The notes beneath the pieces are model-generated. The model was not told the origin of the DNA. It saw nothing but the letters and a program-made list of their open reading frames with translations, and ran no database searches. The position numbers and the translations under genes were made by a program. This document shows positions 37,540 through 47,726 of a DNA stretch of 64,000 bases, one piece after another. Each line of letters starts with the position of its first letter. The stretch's first letter is position 1. Location: contig CAZCAU010000001.1 of NCBI GenBank assembly GCA_964496855.1, positions 62-64,061 on the forward strand, given 5' to 3'. This stretch comes from an uncultured Desulfurococcales archaeon (GTDB lineage: Archaea > Thermoproteota > Thermoprotei_A > Sulfolobales > CAZCAU01).

Positions 37540-38674
37540 TACTGTATATCAAATCACCATCTCCATAAACTTTGGACTCCGTACTTCTCATGTCTTTAAT
37601 CATGTCCATGTGTATGGATGATGTGTTTTTGCCACCAGTCTCGGGATAGGATGAACCTAGTGCGATGTGGATTGTTCCCCCGATTTTTTCGTCGAACAGA
37701 ATATTCCTAACATATCTTGATATATCATAGTTTAGGCCGAACGCTGCTTCTCCTACTTTTCTTGCCCCTTCATCGGTTTCGAGAAGTTTTAGGAGGGCTT
37801 TTTCTCCCTTACTAGCACTAGCTTCTACTACGGTTCCATCTCTAAAACATAGAGTTATACCATCTATCTCTACTCCATGCCAGAGTACTGGAAAGCTAAA
37901 CTTTATACAACCGTTAATGGAGTCTTCGCGCGGCCCTGTAAAAATCTCGCCGCCAGGCATATTATAATGTCCATCATCGTTTATCCATTTCCTACCCTCA
38001 GTACTGAATACTAGATCCGTGCCTTCACCAACTATTCTAAACTCTTTAATTTTCGAGATAGAATTGATTATTTTCTCCTGTGTCTCAGCTTGTATACGCC
38101 ATTGGTCCACCGGGTCATCATAGTGTAGTTTGCATGCTTTAAACACGAATTCCTCGAATTCAAAATAGCTAAGTCCAGCTTCTTGAGCCATAGCCTTCGT
38201 GGGATATGCCGCAACTACCCAGCAAAGCTCTCCTTTAGCGCTTCGTTCAAGAAAGATCTTTCTCAATTCCATGCGTGATGCTTCGCGAATCTTTATTTTC
38301 TCGGGATCTATAGAAGATAAGTGTTTTGTATGCGTGCTCGAAACTATGCTTATAGTTGCATCAATATTCTTTACTAGATATAGATCAAGACCTGGTACGT
38401 GTTTTAATAAGTCTTTGTCCGCATTTCTGTAAAACTCCTCCTCGAGGATTTCGTCTCTGATAAATACAATAGGATATACACCTATTCTGCTAGAAATGCG
38501 AACAATGCTTCTTAACAAAGGTAGCGCATCGTATGTTCCATTTATCGTTATTTCCATGCCTTTTCTAGCAGATATGCTGTATTCTAGAAGTAGCTGTGCG
38601 TATTTATCAAGTAAACTAGTAGATGTAAGAGACACTTTTAGACACCTATCACGAGTATTATATTCTCCGCGCAA
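37517..38674 (-). CDS. M29-family aminopeptidase (AmpS/PepS/aminopeptidase T type)
   Basis: 385 aa. C-terminal GGTIHIALGSSYPETGGKNTSSIHMDMI motif. The TTG at 38674 is the first start. The GTG at 38635, preceded by GGTG 8 nt upstream, is a plausible alternative. Confidence 0.8.
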   Translation of the reverse strand: MRGEYNTRDRCLKVSLTSTSLLDKYAQLLLEYSISARKGMEITINGTYDALPLLRSIVRISSRIGVYPIVFIRDEILEEEFYRNADKDLLKHVPGLDLYLVKNIDATISIVSSTHTKHLSSIDPEKIKIREASRMELRKIFLERSAKGELCWVVAAYPTKAMAQEAGLSYFEFEEFVFKACKLHYDDPVDQWRIQAETQEKIINSISKIKEFRIVGEGTDLVFSTEGRKWINDDGHYNMPGGEIFTGPREDSINGCIKFSFPVLWHGVEIDGITLCFRDGTVVEASASKGEKALLKLLETDEGARKVGEAAFGLNYDISRYVRNILFDEKIGGTIHIALGSSYPETGGKNTSSIHMDMIKDMRSTESKVYGDGDLIYSNGKFLLS

Positions 38675-38729
38675 GTATTAGAATTTATATTTTGTAAACA
38701 ACCTTTTACATGCAGGGTAGCGATAGGAT

Positions 38730-39851
38730 ATGGGGCGCAGCGAGGAGCTTAGACTCGATCCCTGGGGGGCTACTGTAATCCATGATTATGAGAAAGCTAT
38801 GAAAACTTTCGGGATAAAGCCATTTTATGAATTACTAGATAAGATAGAGAACCCTCACTCACTAATGAAGAGAGGAGTGATTTTTGGGCATCGCGATTAT
38901 GATACACGTGTGTTAGAAGCGTTGAAGAAGAAGAAGGAGAAGGTAGCTTTAGTTACAGGTTTTATGCCAAGCGGCAAAGTCCATTTTGGGCATAAGATAC
39001 TGATGGATCAGATAATATATTACCAGAGACTGGGCTTAGAGTTATTTATACCCATAGCTGATGCTGAGGCCTACGCTGTGAGAAAGCTTAGCAGAAAAGA
39101 AGTAGTAGAGTACGCTGTCACAGAATATGTTGCTAATCTTATAGCTCTCGGCCTCGAGAATAAAAAGGTACACATATATTTCCAGACTAATTATGAGACT
39201 CCATACTATAGGTTAATACAGATGTTCTCAAGAAAGGTGACGTTAGCAGAACTTGAAGCTATATATGGTAGACTAGAGCCTGGAAAAATTATGGCTGCAT
39301 TAACGCAGGCTGCAGATATCCTACACCCACAACTAGAAGCTTTTGGAGAGTACAAAAACATTATAGTACCAGTAGGGATTGACCAGGATCCTCATATACG
39401 CTTAGTTAGAGACTTAGCTGACAGATTTGGGTCCGAGCTGGGTCTTGAAAGACCTGCATCTACTTATCACAGGTTTATGACTGGTCTTGATGGCAATAAA
39501 ATGAGTAGTAGCAGACCAGAGTATGCTATATTCTTATCAGACCCCCCAGAAATAGCTAGTAAAAAGCTAGCAAATGCAATAACTGGTGGGAGAGCTACAG
39601 CAAAAGAACAGAGAGAGCTTGGTGGAATACCAGAGAAGTGTAGTGTGTACGAGTTTTACTTGTATCACCTCATAAAAGAAGATGCTAGTCTTAAGGCTAT
39701 TTATGACAAGTGTCGAAATGGTGAGATCTTGTGCGGAGAATGCAAAGCATATGCAAGAGAGCTACTTGTCAAATGGTTAAGAGATCATCAGAGAAAGCTT
39801 AAACAAGCAATAGATAAAGCGTATAAATACGTAGACGTGCCAGAGTTCTAG
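38730..39851 (+). CDS. trpS: Tryptophanyl-tRNA synthetase, archaeal/eukaryal type
   Basis: 373 aa. DPWG...DYEKAMKTFG N-terminus. HIGH-type GKVHFGH. KMSSS loop. C-terminal four-Cys motif CX23CX6CX2C. Confidence 0.85.
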   Translation: MGRSEELRLDPWGATVIHDYEKAMKTFGIKPFYELLDKIENPHSLMKRGVIFGHRDYDTRVLEALKKKKEKVALVTGFMPSGKVHFGHKILMDQIIYYQRLGLELFIPIADAEAYAVRKLSRKEVVEYAVTEYVANLIALGLENKKVHIYFQTNYETPYYRLIQMFSRKVTLAELEAIYGRLEPGKIMAALTQAADILHPQLEAFGEYKNIIVPVGIDQDPHIRLVRDLADRFGSELGLERPASTYHRFMTGLDGNKMSSSRPEYAIFLSDPPEIASKKLANAITGGRATAKEQRELGGIPEKCSVYEFYLYHLIKEDASLKAIYDKCRNGEILCGECKAYARELLVKWLRDHQRKLKQAIDKAYKYVDVPEF

Positions 39852-40561
39852 TATCTCTGATACGCCGGATTAGCTCTTCTTGCAATGCTCCAACTATATC
39901 TCTTAATAATATCTATAAATTGAGGACTCCCAGGTACAGGTACAACTCTTTTCTTCCTAAGTGCTGTAAATACTGCTTCAAGGGATAATTCTTCTAAGAA
40001 TAATATGTTAAATGCCACACCTATGTATTCTGGGATGTGCGCATCACTATTGGCAAGCAAGGTCTTATCTGCTAGTACACCGATCTTTTTCATCGCCCTC
40101 ATATTAGATACACGAGGTGATGATGCATTGAAGACTTCCACACCATTTATAGGTAATTTGAGGACATTAGTACCTATTCCTAGCCTTGGAAGATCGTATG
40201 GATGCGGCGCCACAGTAAAACATTGATGTTGAGCAGAGTAATCTAAGAGTTCATAAGGATCTGTCGGAAAGCTTTCGAGTGGTTCATGACAATATAGTAT
40301 TATCTCGCCTATACTAGTCCTTATCTCAGCACCTGGTATAATAACTAAGTAATTATCTTGAAGACCCATATTCTTAGCTATTCGTAAAGCTTCTGAGGAT
40401 CCTTTAAAACTATTATGATCTGTTATAGAGATAACACGTAACTTCTTTCTCAGCGCAACAAGTATCACTTCCAACGGGGATGGTTTACCATCACTGAAAA
40501 TAGAGTGAATATGAAGATCACCTTTTACTCCTAACAAACTTGTGTCATCTCCTAGTAACAT
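39848..40561 (-). CDS. PHP-domain metal-dependent phosphoesterase
   Basis: 237 aa. GDLHIHSIFSDG N-terminal PHP motif, with further His/Asp motifs (ITDHNS, APHP, SDAH). Confidence 0.75.
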   Translation of the reverse strand: MLLGDDTSLLGVKGDLHIHSIFSDGKPSPLEVILVALRKKLRVISITDHNSFKGSSEALRIAKNMGLQDNYLVIIPGAEIRTSIGEIILYCHEPLESFPTDPYELLDYSAQHQCFTVAPHPYDLPRLGIGTNVLKLPINGVEVFNASSPRVSNMRAMKKIGVLADKTLLANSDAHIPEYIGVAFNILFLEELSLEAVFTALRKKRVVPVPGSPQFIDIIKRYSWSIARRANPAYQRY

Positions 40562-41411
40562 TATTTATTATCTTATTATCTATACAGAGCTGTGATATCG
40601 TCTTCTCATGAATAATTATGTCTTCTTTTTTTGCGCCACCCAGTATTTGTAGAGCTTCTTTCTCCACGTCATGCAGCTTGCCCGGGATTACGAGAGAATG
40701 TGGCGGGGAAGTGAATGCTTTATGTAACAAGTTTTTAAGCAGTGCTGCTTTAACTTCAACATCTCTGGTACCAGCCTTAGCAACGCCTATACCTAGTAGG
40801 CTTGGTAATATTCTGTTTCTGATTTCTCCCTCTTTCAATAACTTTTCCTCTATCTTGAAGAGTATCTTTATAGAATCATTTATTGTCATAAATAGCCTCT
40901 CTTCAGCCTTAATGTCTAGAAAGAAAAATGTATGAAGATTTCTTGATAAATTATCTAGGAGTACATAGTATGGCGAAGTAAAATAGAGGTTGTCGAAAGG
41001 GAATACTATCGTGACTGGTTTGCCGAATTTATATATCTGAAGACCAGTCACACTAATTACAGCTGTATAGGCTGAAACCCCGTTGTACACTATGGTCTTA
41101 ACACCTTGTTTTTCAGCATCTATTCTGAGCGATATATGCGTGGTAGCTATGAAGGGGTCTCCTCCAACTATTATTGCAATATTTCTCTCACGAGCTCTCC
41201 GTATTATGTCTCTAGCTCCTTCGCCTTCAAGGTCTTTTCTAGATAACAAGACTGGTTTCTTACCCGTGATTTCTTCAAATTTCTTTAAATCAAGATCTAA
41301 TATTATAGAAGTATATGCATCAAGGTATACTTCATCGCAATAATCTAGCGCTTTAAGTGCATCTAGAGTTATAGAGTAAATAGAAGGGCCTAGACCTATA
41401 AATATGAGCAC
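40545..41411 (-). CDS. dph5: Diphthine synthase
   Basis: 288 aa. MLIFIGLGP...CDEVYLDAYTS tetrapyrrole-methylase-fold N-terminus typical of Dph5/DphB. 17-nt overlap with the PHP gene. Confidence 0.85.
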   Translation of the reverse strand: MLIFIGLGPSIYSITLDALKALDYCDEVYLDAYTSIILDLDLKKFEEITGKKPVLLSRKDLEGEGARDIIRRARERNIAIIVGGDPFIATTHISLRIDAEKQGVKTIVYNGVSAYTAVISVTGLQIYKFGKPVTIVFPFDNLYFTSPYYVLLDNLSRNLHTFFFLDIKAEERLFMTINDSIKILFKIEEKLLKEGEIRNRILPSLLGIGVAKAGTRDVEVKAALLKNLLHKAFTSPPHSLVIPGKLHDVEKEALQILGGAKKEDIIIHEKTISQLCIDNKIINNVTRR

Positions 41412-41502
41412 TAAGATGCACCCATATCCTGGTTTACCTAGTCTATCAACCAGAGATATGCTGTTATAATTAAATATATAATTAATATTATTTTGGGGCT
41501 GA

Positions 41503-42039
41503 TTGATGCTAGTAGGGATAGTTTCCGATACGCATGATAATGTGTGGGTTTTAAGGAAAGTTATAGAGCAAATACTCGAAAGAGGTGTGGAAACGGTAGT
41601 TCATCTAGGTGATATAATCTCGCCTTTTACACTAAGAGCTATGTTAGAGCTCTTAAGTGAGAGCAGGGTTAAATTTGTAGGTATATTTGGTAATAATGAT
41701 GGAGATAAATCTTTGCTTCTACGTGTAGCGAGAAGCTATGACTATGAGATTCATGAGCCGCCTTATAAGATCAGTCTCGGCGGGCGAAAACTATTACTAG
41801 TACATGGGTTTGGGGGAAGAGAGCAAACTACTGACATTATATACTCTTTAGCAAAACAGACAGATTATGATGTGATACTCTATGGTCATACCCATTATAG
41901 TGATAAAAAGTTTATTGATAACACCTTGGTTTTAAATCCAGGCGAGCTTCATGGCTGGGTCTCAGGGAAGAGATCATATGCTCTTCTAGACCTGGATAAC
42001 TTAGAGACAGAGTTGGTTGAAATCAAGCTAAGTACCTAG
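41503..42039 (+). CDS. MJ0936/YfcE-family metallophosphodiesterase
   Basis: 178 aa. Motifs VSDTHDN, HLGDI, GNNDG and GHTH. Confidence 0.8.
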   Translation: MMLVGIVSDTHDNVWVLRKVIEQILERGVETVVHLGDIISPFTLRAMLELLSESRVKFVGIFGNNDGDKSLLLRVARSYDYEIHEPPYKISLGGRKLLLVHGFGGREQTTDIIYSLAKQTDYDVILYGHTHYSDKKFIDNTLVLNPGELHGWVSGKRSYALLDLDNLETELVEIKLST

Positions 42040-42054
42040 AGGGTCTGGTATCAA

Positions 42055-42837
42055 ATGGATACTCTTCGTCTTTGTATAATACAAATGGAGATAGACGAAC
42101 AGAGAAATAGTCGGAATATGGAAAATGCATACACAATGGCAAAACAATGCATAAGCGATGATCCTGACATTATGCTTCTACCAGAGCTTTGGTGTTGTGG
42201 CTACAGTATCAGTAAAAACAAGCTTCTGGGCGAGAGAGCTGAGAGATTCATGACATGGTTTGCAGAGGAATTTTCCGTAGCAGTAGCAGGCAGTATACCT
42301 GTCTTAGAGCAAGGTAATTTTTATAACAGGATGCTATTTGTGGACGAACAAGGGAAAATACGAGGCTATTATGACAAGATTCATCTTTTCAAACCTTTTG
42401 GCGAAGACAGTGTTTTTTCTCCTGGTAACAAAGTGAGTATTGTGGAATATAAAGGTGTAAAAATAGGTTTTGAGATCTGTCATGACTTGAAATTCCCAGA
42501 GTTATCGCGTAGGCTCGCGTTAATGGGTGTATCACTAATACTAGTATCTGCTGCTTGGAGTTTGAAAAGACTAGAGCAGTGGCATTTGTTTACAAGAGTG
42601 AGAGCAGCTGAGAATCAGGTATTTTTAGCTGCTTCTAATCGTGTAGGAGAGAGCAGTACGTTAGAAGAAGTATTTGCTGGCCATAGCATAGTCGTAGACC
42701 CTTATGGCTCTATCTTGTCTATGTTAGGCTTTAAGCAGGGTTATCTGATCATTGAAATAGATCTTAGAGAAGTTGAGAAGGCTAGAAAACAAATGTTTTT
42801 ACTTGCTGAAAGGCGTAAAGACATTTATGAGCAGTAA
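42055..42837 (+). CDS. Carbon-nitrogen hydrolase (nitrilase superfamily)
   Basis: 260 aa. Catalytic triad contexts LPELW (Glu), KIHLF (Lys) and FEICHDLKFPE (Cys). Confidence 0.8.
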   Translation: MDTLRLCIIQMEIDEQRNSRNMENAYTMAKQCISDDPDIMLLPELWCCGYSISKNKLLGERAERFMTWFAEEFSVAVAGSIPVLEQGNFYNRMLFVDEQGKIRGYYDKIHLFKPFGEDSVFSPGNKVSIVEYKGVKIGFEICHDLKFPELSRRLALMGVSLILVSAAWSLKRLEQWHLFTRVRAAENQVFLAASNRVGESSTLEEVFAGHSIVVDPYGSILSMLGFKQGYLIIEIDLREVEKARKQMFLLAERRKDIYEQ

Positions 42838-42847
42838 GCCGGTGTTG

Positions 42848-44758
42848 CTACGTCCTCTTAAACACCATCACGAAGAGTACAGCTATAACAGTAATAATTA
42901 TTGCTACTAGTATGTATCTAGTATAGTCTGTCTTGGCAGGTTGTGGGGCTGTAGTAGTTGTAGTAGTTTTACCCGTTGTTGTCTCTGGAGTAGTTTGAGT
43001 TGTTGCTTTTGCCACATTTATTGAGAGCTGTGAAGAGCGTGTGTTGCCAGCTAGGTCTGTTGCTTGTACTTTTATCTTGAAAGACTCTGTAACAGATGGG
43101 ATAACTACTATTAAGTTGTCTCCTATGCTCTTGAGGCTGTAGTTTATGGGTTTACCACTAATGGTCTCTATGGATAAGTTTATGCCTTCCACGCCCCAGC
43201 CATCATCTTTTACCTCTAGGTATATCGTTAAGGGGCTACCATAAAGGGGCTTTGCGGGGAACATTCTTGAAATTGTTATTGATGGAGGTGTTTTGTCAGG
43301 TTTTGTTGCCAGCACTACTTTTAACCCGCTATAGGATGGTAGTGAAAGCCCTAGTGCTATAACCATTCTGTCTTTGTATGGCATATAGTCAAGAAGTGCG
43401 GCAGTAGGTGTACCATACAATATTGTTGTATTGAATATAGAGAACCCTGTCTTATCACCAGTCCATGGTATACGGAGTACTACTGTTCCATTCAACTCTA
43501 AATCTAGCTTGTTATGAATTATTAGACCTATAGCGCTACCAGATATTATGGGTCTCACGTAAAAGTGTTTTTCGAGACTTTTATCGACAGGTATGGAATT
43601 ACATTTATCTCTACTATTGTTCATGAATAGTAGGGAGTAGTTGCCGTTCTTTTTTAACGTGATTATGTGGAATCCGTTACAGTAGGGCCTGCTTCCGCTC
43701 AGAGTTGTGGTTGTTAGAAACAACGTTGCAGCCCCGGTTCTTGTGGAATAGTATTGTGTTAGCATATCCCTGTGTATATGGCCAGCTAAAACTATGGTTA
43801 CATTATAGTCCTCAACGAGTTCAAGAAACTCTCTTGCCACATCGAGGGCTGGTCTCCAGTAGTCACTTAAGTATTTTGTTAAGTCTTTGTCCTGAAAGTT
43901 TGTCTCCAATCTCCCCCAGTACCAAAATGTAGGATGATGAAACATTACTATTCTCACTGATACATTGCTACTAGTTTTAAGAGCTTCTCTGAGAAACTCA
44001 AGTTGTTCCTTAGAGGGATGTGCTTTCTCACCAGTGTCTAGAGTTGCTAGAAAGAGCCAATCAATACACTTAAACCATATGCGTGGGGCAATGTATTCTT
44101 CAAAAGCAGAAGAACCTGTGTCATGGTTTCCTGGCGCCACGAAAAGCGGCGTATAACCATAATAACTTATAACAGTATCTACATAGTCTGTAGCTTCTAT
44201 AGCAGAGGCCTTATCGGTTACATCACCTGTATCTAAAACAACGTCTACGCCCAGGAGTTGAGCAAGTATACCAGCAGATACTCTCAGGTCCTTGCCCCCC
44301 ATAGCGTGGTCATCTGACTGATGCATTATTGTTAAGGTCTGTGAGAGATGATCTAAAACCCATACTGTATTAGGTATTGTGTAGTTAGCATCTCCGACTG
44401 TTAGGATCAAGTCATATACTCCTGGCTCCACATATTCTGGTACAAGTAATTCGAGTTTAGTCTCTGACAACACCTTATATTTCAGCATATATTCTTCCCG
44501 AACAAGCTTAGTATTATCTATGAGGCTTACTTTACCGAGATAGGCGGACCCAACCTCCTCAGCAATGTCTTGCTTCAGCTCAACAATACAACTGCTACCA
44601 GGCTTGGCTATCAGCGGATACCCTGGTAATGGAGACTTTGTTATAGGTTTTTCTAGGGACGATGCTTCGGATACAACACTGGTAGCTTGCAGAATTACTA
44701 CAAGCGTAAAGAGTAGTGTCATCACAATAATGGATTTGGGGATCCTCATCATTTTCAC
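42848..44758 (-). CDS. Surface-anchored calcineurin-like metallophosphoesterase
   Basis: 636 aa. N-terminal signal/TM. Motifs TGDVTDK, PGNHD, MFHHP and AGHIHRD. C-terminal beta-rich region, then a Thr-rich stalk (TTQTTPETTTGKTTTTTT), TM helix and basic tail. Confidence 0.65.
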   Translation of the reverse strand: MKMMRIPKSIIVMTLLFTLVVILQATSVVSEASSLEKPITKSPLPGYPLIAKPGSSCIVELKQDIAEEVGSAYLGKVSLIDNTKLVREEYMLKYKVLSETKLELLVPEYVEPGVYDLILTVGDANYTIPNTVWVLDHLSQTLTIMHQSDDHAMGGKDLRVSAGILAQLLGVDVVLDTGDVTDKASAIEATDYVDTVISYYGYTPLFVAPGNHDTGSSAFEEYIAPRIWFKCIDWLFLATLDTGEKAHPSKEQLEFLREALKTSSNVSVRIVMFHHPTFWYWGRLETNFQDKDLTKYLSDYWRPALDVAREFLELVEDYNVTIVLAGHIHRDMLTQYYSTRTGAATLFLTTTTLSGSRPYCNGFHIITLKKNGNYSLLFMNNSRDKCNSIPVDKSLEKHFYVRPIISGSAIGLIIHNKLDLELNGTVVLRIPWTGDKTGFSIFNTTILYGTPTAALLDYMPYKDRMVIALGLSLPSYSGLKVVLATKPDKTPPSITISRMFPAKPLYGSPLTIYLEVKDDGWGVEGINLSIETISGKPINYSLKSIGDNLIVVIPSVTESFKIKVQATDLAGNTRSSQLSINVAKATTQTTPETTTGKTTTTTTAPQPAKTDYTRYILVAIIITVIAVLFVMVFKRT

Positions 44759-44793
44759 CCTTGTATTAGTTTAAGACAATCATGATAAAAGAT

Positions 44794-45870
44794 TCATGCT
44801 AGAGGCATTACCCTAGTCTTGGAGACAGGCACGTACAGAGAAAGATAAGTGCCTGGAGGAATATCTGTTTCAGGTTCTAGGTATATAGTGTAAGTATACT
44901 CTTTTGCTCTGAGCTTGACGTTCACTTTATCTCCCTGAAACATGGTTATCTCCACGCTGCCTTCTATAATGTTGTAATCTGTTGACGGGGGCTGCATAGT
45001 AAATGCTTCGGGTCTTATTACAACAGCTACTTTCTCGCCTTTCTCTACATACCTATCGCTAGCTACTACTCCTCGCAGCTTCTTCCCACTGCTGATAACA
45101 ACCTCGGCTACTTCGCCCTTCTTACCGACTATTAATCCTTCTAGTATATTACTCCTACCTACAAAACTAGCGACAAAGATGCTCTTCGGATAAAAGTATA
45201 TATCTCTAGGTTTCCCAACTTGGAGTATCCGGCCCTTGTTCATGACGGCTATTCTGTCAGATATACTCATAGCCTCTTCCTGGTCGTGTGTAACATATAT
45301 TGTTGTTATCCCAAGCATTTTCTGTAGTCTCTTTATCTCTTCGCGCATCTCTATCCTGAGTTTTGCATCGAGATTGCTGAGAGGCTCATCTAACAATAAC
45401 ACTTTTGGTTCTACAACCAGAGCCCTAGCAAGCGCTACTCGTTGTTGTTGTCCACCACTGAGTTGTAGAGGATAACGGTCCTCCAGACCCTCGAGTCTTA
45501 CGAGTTCTACTACTTGCATTACTCGGCTCTTAATCTCCTCTTTAGGGAGTTTACGTAGCTTTAACCCGTATGCTATGTTTTCAAACACAGTCATATGAGG
45601 CCACAGAGCATAGTTCTGGAAGACCATAGCAGTGTTTCTCTGACTAGGCTTTAGCCTCGTTACATCCTTATCGTCAAAAAACACACGGCCCTCATCCGGC
45701 ATCTCAAACCCAGCTATTATTCTGAGAAGCGTTGTCTTCCCACAACCACTTGGCCCGACTATGGTGAATAATTCGCCATCCTCGATATCTATACTTACTC
45801 TGTCGACAGCTACTGTTTTACCAAAAATCTTCCTTACACCAACCAGTGATACTCTGGTCAACTTATACAC
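44794..45870 (-). CDS. ABC transporter ATP-binding protein (FbpC/PotA type with C-terminal TOBE-like domain)
   Basis: 358 aa. Walker A GPSGCGKTT, signature LSGGQQQRVALARAL and Walker B LLLDEPLS. Confidence 0.9.
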   Translation of the reverse strand: MYKLTRVSLVGVRKIFGKTVAVDRVSIDIEDGELFTIVGPSGCGKTTLLRIIAGFEMPDEGRVFFDDKDVTRLKPSQRNTAMVFQNYALWPHMTVFENIAYGLKLRKLPKEEIKSRVMQVVELVRLEGLEDRYPLQLSGGQQQRVALARALVVEPKVLLLDEPLSNLDAKLRIEMREEIKRLQKMLGITTIYVTHDQEEAMSISDRIAVMNKGRILQVGKPRDIYFYPKSIFVASFVGRSNILEGLIVGKKGEVAEVVISSGKKLRGVVASDRYVEKGEKVAVVIRPEAFTMQPPSTDYNIIEGSVEITMFQGDKVNVKLRAKEYTYTIYLEPETDIPPGTYLSLYVPVSKTRVMPLA

Positions 45871-47719
45871 CTATGAACGCGTATCTTTGCTTAAAGACAA
45901 GCGTAATTATAGTGATTACAGCAAGCTGAATAATTATTAGTAATACACCTAGAGCTGCTGTTATCTGTATAGCCTCCATTTGTCTTGTTATCGAGTCTTT
46001 CATATAGTATGTTAAGGGGGCTTTGTCTCTATTTAGTGCACCAATAGTTATACTAACACTCACTTCCGTCATAGAGTATACAAAGCTTATCATAGCACCA
46101 CTTATGATGTTGACCAATATTAAGGGGATAACTATAGTAGCTATAGTTCTTAGCCTGCTTGCACCAAGATTCATGGCTGCCTCTTCTAAGACCACGTGTG
46201 TTTGTTGCAACCCGGCATACACAGCTCTTGCCGTAAATGGCAGTTTTCTTATAGCATATGCCAATATCAAGATGGGCGCAGGATTAAACGCTAATGGATT
46301 AGTAGGATCAAGACTTGTTCCTGGGAATAACATGCTAAAGAAATAGAAATATCCGACAGCGACAACAAGACCGGGCATCGCAATCGGTATAGTTACTAAG
46401 GCGTCTAGGATACTAACACCAGGAATTCTTGCTCTACTAACAGCGTAACTAGACATAGTAGCCAATACTATTATTATGGCTAAAGCACTGAACGAGTAGA
46501 ATATGCTATTAAATATGTGTTTTCTAACATCTGGGTTAACGAATATCTGATACATGTTCTCGGTATTAAAGCCTTGTGGCAGGGGGCCCGTCCATCTATC
46601 GCTAAATGCTGTTGCAACAACACCAAATTGGGGGAGTACTGTTACTAGAATTAATGGGAGTATTCCTAGGAAAATCAGCAGAATACCTTTAGTACCTAGT
46701 TTTCTAACACGAGGCTTCCATCTACCACCTCTGCTCACCATAGCATATGATTTAAGGCTAACATAGTGTCTTATAGCAAGAAAACCTGTGAAAGCTATAA
46801 CGAGGAGGATAACGGCTAGCGCTGCTACCTCTGGCATACGTTGTCCCGATAAGGATAGAAATCCATCGTAAATCTGGTAACTTATGAGATTTCTAGCTAG
46901 GGGGTGACTATGAAATACTATAGGTGCTCCTAGATCTTCTAAGCTGAAGATGAATATCAGTGTAGCACCAGCTGCGATACCGGGCATAGCAAGAGGCAAA
47001 GTTATAGTTCTAAATAATCTGAAACCTTCTGCACCAAGATTCTCAGCTTGCTCCTCTAGACTCGGATCTATATTTATTAGACTAGAGTAGATGTTCAGGT
47101 ACGCAATAGGATAAAACGTCATGATCTGCGTAACAGTTACTCCCGCTAAACCGTCTATGCCTATGCGCCAGGGAAGTATGTGGAGTACATCGTAAAATAT
47201 ATAAGAGAAAAGCCCGTTAGGAAGAAAGAGTCTTTTAACAACATACGCGTTTATAAAGGGGGTTACGAGTAGGGGGATCGTTGCTAGTACTCTTAGGACA
47301 GTCTTGCCGGGAAACTCGTATCTAGCAAATATGAATGCTACGACTAAGCCTATGAGGGTAGCAATAACTGTTACTATCAGAGAATTTATCAGAGAGTTTA
47401 GAATTACACCATAATTCTTACCTTCAATCATGAGAATCGGCGGCGCGTTAGGCGGGTGCACTATTCTAAAAGCACTTGTTTCTGGGTTAAGATTGATGTA
47501 CTTCTTCGAAGAAAAAATGTTCTTAAACCAGTAGAAAGAAAACTCGCCATTATACAAAAACGCATCCTTAAGCATTAGAGCAACCGGCACAATTAAGAAT
47601 ATAGCGAGCGTGACTAATGGAATGAATATGAATGCTAGTAGTACAGGGTCTTTAAGGACTTGAGGTAAAAAGCCTATGTTTTTATTAGGGATCGAGGTAT
47701 TGTTGCCTCTGTTTGCCAT
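45863..47719 (-). CDS. ABC transporter permease, fused double-domain (FbpB/ThiP type)
   Basis: 618 aa with about 12 TM helices. Two EAA-type loops (EEQAENLGAEGFRLFRTITLP and EEAAMNLGASRLRTIATIVIP). 8-nt overlap with the ATPase gene. Confidence 0.85.
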   Translation of the reverse strand: MANRGNNTSIPNKNIGFLPQVLKDPVLLAFIFIPLVTLAIFLIVPVALMLKDAFLYNGEFSFYWFKNIFSSKKYINLNPETSAFRIVHPPNAPPILMIEGKNYGVILNSLINSLIVTVIATLIGLVVAFIFARYEFPGKTVLRVLATIPLLVTPFINAYVVKRLFLPNGLFSYIFYDVLHILPWRIGIDGLAGVTVTQIMTFYPIAYLNIYSSLINIDPSLEEQAENLGAEGFRLFRTITLPLAMPGIAAGATLIFIFSLEDLGAPIVFHSHPLARNLISYQIYDGFLSLSGQRMPEVAALAVILLVIAFTGFLAIRHYVSLKSYAMVSRGGRWKPRVRKLGTKGILLIFLGILPLILVTVLPQFGVVATAFSDRWTGPLPQGFNTENMYQIFVNPDVRKHIFNSIFYSFSALAIIIVLATMSSYAVSRARIPGVSILDALVTIPIAMPGLVVAVGYFYFFSMLFPGTSLDPTNPLAFNPAPILILAYAIRKLPFTARAVYAGLQQTHVVLEEAAMNLGASRLRTIATIVIPLILVNIISGAMISFVYSMTEVSVSITIGALNRDKAPLTYYMKDSITRQMEAIQITAALGVLLIIIQLAVITIITLVFKQRYAFIGV

Positions 47720-47726
47720 CTTTTCT

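Noticed and set aside
39848-39851. Convergent trpS and PHP genes share a 4-bp CTAG containing both stop codons.
   Set aside because: This is a trivial consequence of genome compaction (TAG on both strands) and has no regulatory implication demonstrable from sequence.
41429-41453. 6-bp inverted repeat CTGGTT-N13-AACCAG in the divergent dph5/phosphodiesterase promoter spacer.
   Set aside because: The arms are too short to be significant, and there is no associated regulator gene.
42920-43010. Runs of ACN codons (also at 50265-50325 and 56959-57052) that look like short tandem DNA repeats.
   Set aside because: They encode the Thr-rich stalk/linker segments of surface proteins. They are not spaced repeats, and there is no CRISPR-like repeat-spacer periodicity.
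43934-43960. AUGAUGA followed by CUGA on the plus strand, antisense to the phosphoesterase gene.
   Set aside because: The box spacing is 16 nt rather than 12, there is no second box pair, and it is embedded in coding sequence. Probably a chance match.
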